Below are positions 56,902 through 64,000 of a stretch of DNA of 64,000 nt, in pieces. Both the position numbers and the translations under genes were made by a program. The stretch comes from Pseudomonadota bacterium (GTDB taxonomy: Bacteria; UBA10199; 2-02-FULL-44-16; JBDRGF01): positions 10,078-74,077 of the forward strand of contig JBDRGF010000075.1 of assembly GCA_043818055.1 (NCBI GenBank), written 5' to 3'. The notes beneath the pieces were generated by a model. That model was not told the origin of the DNA. It saw nothing but the letters and a program-made list of their open reading frames with translations, and made no database searches. How positions within the stretch are numbered: the first letter of the stretch is position 1; the number at the start of each line of letters is the position of its first letter.

Positions 56902-59124
56902 TCAATAAATTACATGTGCCAGGAATACGAATTTTTTTGCTTCGTGCTCACTGTGTACTGAAATGTGCACGCTGTTTTCATTGCTGTCGCTCGAGAGTTT
57001 TGTTTCATGAGTTTGACCAGCAACTAGTGTGACCAGATCGCTTACATCAAGGGAATCGTTTGGATTAACGCCCGATCGTATGAAATAGGTGTTCACCTTG
57101 TCATTTTTAAATTCCGATTTTCCTGCCCGTGTGATTTCAATATACGGCCTATGAGATGGGAATAATCCGAGAATGTTTGGCCATTGATCATTGCTATGGA
57201 GCTGTTTTGTTTTTAGCGTTACGGTAATGTCAGTTCCTTTTAATTTTTTCGGCTCGTTTCGTTTTAAACTCAACTCTTCCCCCACCATTTTTTCATCTTT
57301 TTTAAACCATCCTTTTTTAACTTTAACCTTGTAGGAAATATTCATCCGCATTTCATCTCTTTTTGGGTAGAGTATGTATAGCAGTTGTCTGAGCTGATTT
57401 GGGGAGAGATATCTGTTCCAGAGAATATCCATGATATCGATGTTCTCGTTGAAAATATCCTTTTTTCTGTTTGTGATCATTGTTCTAAATTTTCCATTCG
57501 AATCTCTGTAGAGATGAAGATAGAATTCCGAATCGAATGAGCCGTGACCATTTTTTCCCAAATAGACCTTCAATCCGATGATTTTTCTATTTTTATCTGT
57601 TTTGAGGTCGACGAATCTGCTGTTTTCTGAGAGCTCTCTTTTTTGTTCCAGATGACCGATCTCTGCAATCGAAAGAGGTTCATCGCAGTGATCCCTCTCT
57701 GCTATTGTATGAAGAATCGTTCTATTGATTTGCCACAGATCTGAATCCCAGTATTCCTCAACGGCGAGTTTATGAAAGTAGCCATGTTTTGCTCTTTCGA
57801 GCATGGTTCTCACCTGTGCAATGTTTAAAATCCCATCATAGAGCATATCACCAAGTGTATAGACTCTGTAGCCTTCCTCTTTTCTCTCAATGAAGGTTCC
57901 GTTTGAGTCGACCTGCCAATTCCTATCCAACTCCTTGGGTAAAAGTTGGACCTCTCCCGTATCGGGGTCTTCAAAAATAATCGGTGACGGCTCGGAGGCT
58001 CGATATTCGGAAAGGGTTCCATTTGGGGTTAATTGTATAAGTTTATAATTGAATGTGTTGCTATACATGAGCGGAGTTAAAAGACCTCTGGTGATGTATT
58101 CCCACCGTTTGATTTTTTCGGTAACAGATTGAGTGGCGCTGTAAACTTCGATTTTACCATCAGAGAGCAACACCCAATGTGTACCTTCCGGCGTTGTCGT
58201 GTTAGGCAGCATGATCTTTTCCCCTGTTATTGGATCTTTCAACAGCATCGGTAGATTCCTCGGTGTTGTAAAATCAAGCAGTGAATTATCGCTGCCAAGA
58301 TAGTAGATTTCGAGGTTGGGAATGGTCTTGCAATCCAAAGCCCTGTAAAGGGATATGAGTTGATGCGGTGTTAGAATGCCTTTCTTAAAGATTTGAAAGG
58401 GGGTGATCTGTTCGCTATCACTTCGATAATGCTTACACCACCGAACAAAATATATTACATCACTTCGAAATTCTATTGAGTTGCGCATGAGATGGTCAGA
58501 TGACTGCAAAAAAAAGTGATAACTGTCTCCTCTGGAAGGATTTGGTCTGACGTAACGGGTACCGGGAACATTGTTTTGCTCTGGAAAGACCTCGCCAGAT
58601 AATTTTACCCAAAAGCCTTTATCACAATTGGTTTTATCATTTTCCTCAAGTATCGCAGCAAAACCGACGAGTTTCTCGACGGGAGTATCAGCTTCAAAAA
58701 TCTCAGTAACAACTATCTCAGGTTGTTTCTCAATCTCAAGCAGTTGCGCAGCGATTGTCTCAACGGATCTTATGATTCCCACAGTAGCCAGATCCCAATC
58801 ATCGAGGTTGAGTATGTTTTTTAGAGCAACTGCACATCCCAGAAAGATTCCCTTGCCCGGATCAAGCGTTGGTTCCAATGCATCGAGAATGCAGCTTTCG
58901 AAGAGATCATATCCTCGTGAGAGGGTGTAAAAGTTATTCATCTCCCCCATGCGATTGGCCAGCGGTGTGTAGCCGGATTTCTGTAGAACGCCTTTCCATG
59001 CATGTATGACATCCGTTGCCTGCTGTAAGGGGGCATCCGGTGCCTGTTTGACATGATTCACCCATCCCTTGACGCCATTGAAAGGACTCATTCCCTGCCC
59101 GATGTTAAATCCGATATTCTTCAT
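56902..59124 (-). CDS. Hypothetical 740 aa protein with internal repeats
   Basis: Long ORF; repeated GxLxxxQ and DPxTGE segments; no family recognised. Confidence 0.65.
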   Translation of the reverse strand: MKNIGFNIGQGMSPFNGVKGWVNHVKQAPDAPLQQATDVIHAWKGVLQKSGYTPLANRMGEMNNFYTLSRGYDLFESCILDALEPTLDPGKGIFLGCAVALKNILNLDDWDLATVGIIRSVETIAAQLLEIEKQPEIVVTEIFEADTPVEKLVGFAAILEENDKTNCDKGFWVKLSGEVFPEQNNVPGTRYVRPNPSRGDSYHFFLQSSDHLMRNSIEFRSDVIYFVRWCKHYRSDSEQITPFQIFKKGILTPHQLISLYRALDCKTIPNLEIYYLGSDNSLLDFTTPRNLPMLLKDPITGEKIMLPNTTTPEGTHWVLLSDGKIEVYSATQSVTEKIKRWEYITRGLLTPLMYSNTFNYKLIQLTPNGTLSEYRASEPSPIIFEDPDTGEVQLLPKELDRNWQVDSNGTFIERKEEGYRVYTLGDMLYDGILNIAQVRTMLERAKHGYFHKLAVEEYWDSDLWQINRTILHTIAERDHCDEPLSIAEIGHLEQKRELSENSRFVDLKTDKNRKIIGLKVYLGKNGHGSFDSEFYLHLYRDSNGKFRTMITNRKKDIFNENIDIMDILWNRYLSPNQLRQLLYILYPKRDEMRMNISYKVKVKKGWFKKDEKMVGEELSLKRNEPKKLKGTDITVTLKTKQLHSNDQWPNILGLFPSHRPYIEITRAGKSEFKNDKVNTYFIRSGVNPNDSLDVSDLVTLVAGQTHETKLSSDSNENSVHISVHSEHEAKKFVFLAHVIY

Positions 59125-59379
59125 TTGTACGTATGTTATCGGTTAAGCTTCAAAAATGTTGCTTAACTTTTCTACAAAACAAGAGGCCAAACCTGTAAGA
59201 TTGATTATACTTTATTAAAAATCATTAACCACGAGCTAAATAATAGTGTGAAATTTGGTTCATGTTCCATAGATTAATTAAGATATCGAAAACGCTGTCT
59301 TTTTTCCCTGCTGTTTAACTGAATCACGAGAATTTTCATCACAATTGATCTTGTCTTATCTCTATGTTATTCATCCTAT

Positions 59380-59613
59380 GTGAAAACAGAAAGCGTCGAA
59401 AAAATAAGGTCCAGATTTGATCATGAATGGCTGCTGATAGCCGTAGATGAGGTAGATGAAGCGACAAGCACGCCTACAAAGGGACATCTGATCGCCCACA
59501 GTCCCCGAAAAGAGGAGATTCACGAAGAATCCCAAAAATATCCTGACATCGCTTATGTAGTTTATTCAGAGGATTGGCCTGAAGACATGGCTGCCTGTTT
59601 TATAATTTTATGA
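59380..59613 (+). CDS. Small protein (DUF5678-like), second copy
   Basis: IRSRFDHEWLLI..GHLIAHS; GTG start; ATGA overlap with the protease. Confidence 0.6.
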   Translation: MKTESVEKIRSRFDHEWLLIAVDEVDEATSTPTKGHLIAHSPRKEEIHEESQKYPDIAYVVYSEDWPEDMAACFIIL

Positions 59614-60103
59614 GCATTTTAAATTTCCCGAAAAACGTTCAATCGATAATAGTCTCTGTAAAAATCAAAGGTCCAAAAAACATTCGCTTTGCAAGGATGA
59701 TTTTGGATACGGGTGCGACTTATACAATGATTTGCCCTGAAATTCTGATTGAAGCCGGTTATGACCTGTCCCAGCCAAAACGAAAACTGCCAATCACCAC
59801 AGCTAGCACCTCATCTATTAAATTCTTTATAGTGAGGAAGGGCACAAGTGCTCGTAACAATTTAATATTTATTATATACCACCTGTGGTAATTAAATTGA
59901 CGAAGCACTAGCAGCATTGAATACACACACCGTTTTATATAGTAGAACAGCTGGATGCTGCTGGTAAGTCGCTTAAAAACATAGAGGTAGCATCCCACTC
60001 ATTTCCTCCAAGAGTTCCAGCTGATGGTTTGCTCGGACTCAACTTTTTGAGAAAATTCAAACTCACGCTACACGTTGATGAGGGTTATCTGGAATTGGAG
60101 TGA
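59610..60103 (+). pseudogene. Interrupted clan AA aspartyl protease
   Basis: N-half ILDTGA..PITTAS; C-half FYIVEQ..DGLLGLNFLRKF..LE* ends at 60103; separated by a 105-bp insertion and a 2-bp frameshift. Confidence 0.8.
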
Positions 60104-60411
60104 TTGTGGCGATCGAACAGAAGATTAATATCCTCGTTCTGCTTCAAAAGATAGCGATCCCTATTTTCTCAGCGCGCGGAATTAAGAGAAAAGCTAGAAA
60201 GCAGGTTGCTAAATGGCAACTTACAAAAATGGTTGGCCACTAACCCGTCACAGAGACAAAGCTTATCATTCCGGATCATGTTAGAGATATGGGATAAAAG
60301 CATAAATACTCCATTTCGTTTTATAAATTCAAATGGAGTATTTGTGGCAAAAGATGGCTATCAAAACATGTTCATTTTTACATCTTTCTAGTTTATAACT
60401 AATTAATATAT

Positions 60412-60440
60412 TTGACAAATTTGCAGATAATATTTATACT
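60412..60440 (+). promoter_or_regulatory. Sigma70 promoter for the ATPase gene
   Basis: TTGACA-17 bp-TATACT. Confidence 0.7.
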
Positions 60441-60474
60441 CCACTTGATGTTAAGTAAATGAAATGGAGTATTT

Positions 60475-61896
60475 ATGCAAAAACGAAAATTCATCGATCG
60501 TAAAGAAGAATTGAAAAAGCTAAAGGAATGTTACAATGAGAAATCATCACAATTTGTGGTGTTGTATGGAAGGCGACGTGTTGGAAAATCTTTCCTGCTC
60601 AGACATTTTTGTGAAGGGGAAAAACATCTCTATTTTACAGGAAGGCGAGATGAGGCATTGGACATCACGTATGAAAGATTCACAAAAGCAATGTCTGAAG
60701 CACTTGAGAACCCTATCTTAGCTAAAATTAAAGTTTCCAGCTGGGATGAAATATTCAAGTTATTAGATGATCAACTGGGATTAAAAAAGCTCATAATCGT
60801 GTTGGATGAATTTCAGTGGATGCATCCGAAAAAATCACAGTTGATATCCATCCTGCAGGAAAAATGGGATAATGAATGGAAACACAATTCAAAAATATTC
60901 CTTGTGTTGTGCGGTTCGATCATAAGCTTCATGGAAAAGGAAATACTGTCTGAAAAAAGCCCACTTTACGGCAGAAGGACATTTTCATTTGAGCTCGAAC
61001 CTATGGCCGCCCCCTTTGCCAAAGGTTTTTTTTTAGAAAAAAGTATAATTGAACAGTGCAAGATAATCATGACATTGGGGGGGGTTCCCAGTTATCTTGA
61101 ACTTATAAGAGATAAACAATCATTCGCCCAAAACATCAACAGAATTGCTCTCACAAAGGATGGCTATCTTGTTGATGAGATTAGGTACATACTTAGGGAG
61201 CAGGTTAAAGTTCCCGCCAATTATCAATTGCTTTTAGAAACTCTTTCAAGAAAGTCCTGCACCAGGGCGGAACTTGCAAAGGAAATGCAAATCAAAAATA
61301 GCGGTGCGCTTAATCTGTATTTAAAAAATCTCACTGATTTGCAACTGGTCAGACATAGAAGCCTTATTACAAAAAAGAACTTGGAGTCATTAAAAAGCTC
61401 AAAATATTTTATATGGGATGAATATTTGAGATTTTATTTTACTTTCATCCTTCCCAACATGGAGCGAATACGACAAAACGTAGACGATTGGTTGTATGAT
61501 GCTATCATGGCTCCAAAATGGGAGAATTACTGTGGCTATTCGTTTGAGCTTTTTTGTTGGAAAAATATCAAAACTATTATTTCTATACTTGGCATCAAAA
61601 AAGTTTTTCAACAAAGTGGGTCATTCTGGCAGAAACAAACAAAGGCAAAAGCCGGTGTTCAAATCGATCTTGTCATTGAAAGGACGGATGGTATAACGCA
61701 TATCGGCGAGTGTAAGTGGTCGAGCGGTAAGATTGGAATGTCGATAATTGAAGAGCTTAAGCGAAAGAAAGATCTCTATCCAAATCCAAAAAAACACACG
61801 CTAAAAACGCTGCTGATAACAACACACGGTGTAACAGAGCAGGTGGCAAAGTCAGACGGGATCGACGATGTGATCACGCTCAATGAGATGTTCTAA
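60475..61896 (+). CDS. Archaeal-type AAA ATPase with wHTH and C-terminal DUF234/PD-(D/E)xK-like domain
   Basis: FIDRKEEL, YGRRRVGKS, LDEFQ, SPLYGR, QIDLV..GECKW. Confidence 0.88.
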   Translation: MQKRKFIDRKEELKKLKECYNEKSSQFVVLYGRRRVGKSFLLRHFCEGEKHLYFTGRRDEALDITYERFTKAMSEALENPILAKIKVSSWDEIFKLLDDQLGLKKLIIVLDEFQWMHPKKSQLISILQEKWDNEWKHNSKIFLVLCGSIISFMEKEILSEKSPLYGRRTFSFELEPMAAPFAKGFFLEKSIIEQCKIIMTLGGVPSYLELIRDKQSFAQNINRIALTKDGYLVDEIRYILREQVKVPANYQLLLETLSRKSCTRAELAKEMQIKNSGALNLYLKNLTDLQLVRHRSLITKKNLESLKSSKYFIWDEYLRFYFTFILPNMERIRQNVDDWLYDAIMAPKWENYCGYSFELFCWKNIKTIISILGIKKVFQQSGSFWQKQTKAKAGVQIDLVIERTDGITHIGECKWSSGKIGMSIIEELKRKKDLYPNPKKHTLKTLLITTHGVTEQVAKSDGIDDVITLNEMF

Positions 61897-61913
61897 CATG
61901 TATCTCCTATGGT

Positions 61914-62019
61914 AAAGGACCCCATAGTCATTCGACGGGGCAGACAAGGATCAATTTTCAAATCTTACCGCCTGGACCCTGGCTACTTGCCTGCCCCGTC
62001 GAATGACTTGGGGTCCTTT
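61914..62019. repeat. Long intergenic palindrome; partial copy near 56798-56815
   Basis: AAAGGACCCC..AGTCATTCGACGGGGCAG / CTGCCCCGTCGAATGACT..GGGGTCCTTT. Confidence 0.7.
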
Positions 62020-62094
62020 TACTACATACCACATACGCCTTTCTCTTCTTCTTCCCCTTGCAGAAGCCTCTTAAATCGTGATAAGACCTCTCAA

Positions 62095-63546
62095 ATGTCC
62101 AAAAAACATATACATATGCTAGGCATCTGCGGGACCGGCATGGGGTCTTTGGCGGGGCTTCTTAAAGAGAAGGGTTTTGAGGTCACAGGCTCGGACGAGC
62201 ATGTCTATCCGCCGATGAGTACTCAGTTAGAGAGGCTTGGGATTAAGCTCTATAACGGTTACAGCGCATCTAACATACCAAAGAGTCAGCCCGATGTCGT
62301 CGTCATAGGCAACGTCATAAGGCGCGAGAACCCCGAGGCGAAAGAGGTTGAGGGGTTAAAAATTCCCTTTAAATCGATGCCGCAGATACTCATCGACGAG
62401 GTGGTGGGAGAGAAAAAGACTATAGTTGTTACAGGGACGCATGGCAAGACCACGACGACTAGCCTGATTGGCTGGCTGCTCTATGCCATGAATGCCGATC
62501 CGGGATTTCTGGTTGGCGGCGTCCCTCTCAATTTTGAAAAGAGCTATCACGTTGGCAAGGGGGAGTATTTTGTCATCGAGGGTGATGAATACGACACCGC
62601 CTATTTTGAAAAGACGCCTAAGTTTCTGCATTACAGGCCACGTTTTGTGATCATCACGTCGATCGAGTTCGATCATGCCGATATCTATAAGAACAAGGAT
62701 GAGATAATAGATAGCTTTAAAAAACTGATCGCCATCGTGCCTGACGATGGCCTGATAGTTGCCAATTATGATGACGATGTTGTGAGGGAGATCGTAAAAG
62801 CGGCCAGATGCAAGGTGATCGGATATTCTACGCACGACAAGGGTGATTACAACGCGACGATGGGTTGTGCAGACGAATCCGGGACGCAGTTTACGATCAA
62901 GAGCAAAGAAAAGAATTTTGATTTTCTATCGAAGCAGTATGGCGAGCACAATATTCAGAACACGGTTGCAGCGGTAGCCCTTCTCTTGAACATCGGTTTC
63001 GAGGCGACAAATATAGAAAAGGCTTTGAAGACTTTTAAGGGGATAACCAGAAGGCAGCAGCTCGTCGGCGAGGTGAGATCGGTGAAGGTGATAGACGACT
63101 TTGCACATCACCCGACCGCGATCAGGGAGACGATACTGGCCATGCGGCTTAGGTATCCGAATTCCCGAATATGGTCGATCTTTGAGCCGCGTTCGAACAC
63201 GAGCCGCAGGAACATCTTTCAGAAGGAGTTTGTGGATGCGCTCTCGTTATCGGATCGTATCATCATAGCGCCGGTTTTCAAGAAGGAGGCTATTGCTGCA
63301 GATGAGCGCCTCGACACAGAGAGAATTGCAAGTGAGCTCACCAGAAGGGGAAAATTTGCCTTCGCGATCTCGAACGTCGATTACATCATAGAGTTTGTTT
63401 TGCGCTCTATTGCGCACGATGATGTTTTGCTCATCATGTCGAACGGCAGCTTCGATGATATCCATAATAAATTTTTGTCGGCCCTGAATATAAGGCGCAT
63501 CTCGAAAAATCAGGACGATGTCAAGCCGACGCGGGTTCCCGGATGA
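62095..63546 (+). CDS. mpl: UDP-MurNAc:L-Ala-gamma-D-Glu-mDAP ligase (murein peptide ligase)
   Basis: GICGTGMGSLA, YPPMSTQL, GTHGKTTT, EGDEYDTA, DDFAHHPT, FEPRSNT. Confidence 0.9.
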   Translation: MSKKHIHMLGICGTGMGSLAGLLKEKGFEVTGSDEHVYPPMSTQLERLGIKLYNGYSASNIPKSQPDVVVIGNVIRRENPEAKEVEGLKIPFKSMPQILIDEVVGEKKTIVVTGTHGKTTTTSLIGWLLYAMNADPGFLVGGVPLNFEKSYHVGKGEYFVIEGDEYDTAYFEKTPKFLHYRPRFVIITSIEFDHADIYKNKDEIIDSFKKLIAIVPDDGLIVANYDDDVVREIVKAARCKVIGYSTHDKGDYNATMGCADESGTQFTIKSKEKNFDFLSKQYGEHNIQNTVAAVALLLNIGFEATNIEKALKTFKGITRRQQLVGEVRSVKVIDDFAHHPTAIRETILAMRLRYPNSRIWSIFEPRSNTSRRNIFQKEFVDALSLSDRIIIAPVFKKEAIAADERLDTERIASELTRRGKFAFAISNVDYIIEFVLRSIAHDDVLLIMSNGSFDDIHNKFLSALNIRRISKNQDDVKPTRVPG

Positions 63547-64000
63547 CGCAACTAAAATCACATCCTCTGCGAAATCTCATAATTACCCTTATCACCTTCT
63601 TTCTTTTTTTTTGGGGTGTGCTCTCGCTCATCAATAGTCCCGCAACTCTCAAAAAGATCATCCCCCTGATCAATGAGCGAATCACTGTAGAGATCGGGCT
63701 GGAGCGCTTCAAGTGGACGCCTGTTCTCAACAAAATTAGGCTGACCAACTTCTCGCTCAAGACAAAAAATGGGGAGATTATCTTTCCCGAGGTAAATTTG
63801 AGCTACAGTTTACTGGGATTGCTCTCCGGAAAGATTGTCATATCTGAACTCGAAATCAACTCTCCAGACATACATCTCAAAAAGGGTGAAAAGAAAGATA
63901 AGAAGAGGGGGGAGCTCAGCCGGATGCATCTCTTCTTCCTAAAGCAGCTTGTGATAGAGGAGGGGGAGGTTACATCCCCGAAGATCGAGATAGATGGACA
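63543..64000 (+). CDS. AsmA/TamB-like protein N-terminus (truncated by window end)
   Basis: MTQLKSHPLRNLIITLITFFLFFWG anchor, then LLGLLSGKIVISELEINSPDIHL; open to the end of the window. Confidence 0.55.
   Translation, partial: MTQLKSHPLRNLIITLITFFLFFWGVLSLINSPATLKKIIPLINERITVEIGLERFKWTPVLNKIRLTNFSLKTKNGEIIFPEVNLSYSLLGLLSGKIVISELEINSPDIHLKKGEKKDKKRGELSRMHLFFLKQLVIEEGEVTSPKIEIDG

Noticed and set aside
61909..62094. N-terminal extension of mpl
   Set aside because: Translates a palindromic repeat; the Mpl motif begins at 62095.

Overview
Bacterial genomic window (Gram-negative by its sigma54, beta-barrel and RND content; taxon not determinable here). Main result: ~0.7-19.6 kb holds an apparently undescribed two-operon, sigma54-controlled radical-SAM RiPP system. 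Three unannotated 26-32 aa precursor genes share a leader motif [GD][IL]x[EN]IE[IV]xxEG. Operon 1: two W-G-V-x-G-x-K precursors, two rSAM enzymes, TldD, a B12-rSAM, RND and MFS. Operon 2: MFS, a CCPQGIDG precursor, a methyltransferase, an rSAM/SPASM, a periplasmic binding protein, a histidine kinase and an NtrC-type activator. Both operons carry near-identical -24/-12 promoters and paired 14-bp palindromic enhancer sites, suggesting a positive-feedback, possibly quorum-sensing-like circuit (inference). Downstream: three tandem P-loop paralogs plus a membrane protein; EamA/PTS genes; an expanded, rearranged Pel-like exopolysaccharide locus with an epimerase and glmM; two-component genes; a CoA-transferase pair; two small-protein/aspartyl-protease modules (one interrupted); an AAA ATPase; mpl; and many REP/MITE-like palindromes. 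All calls rest on manual motif reading; no database searches were run.
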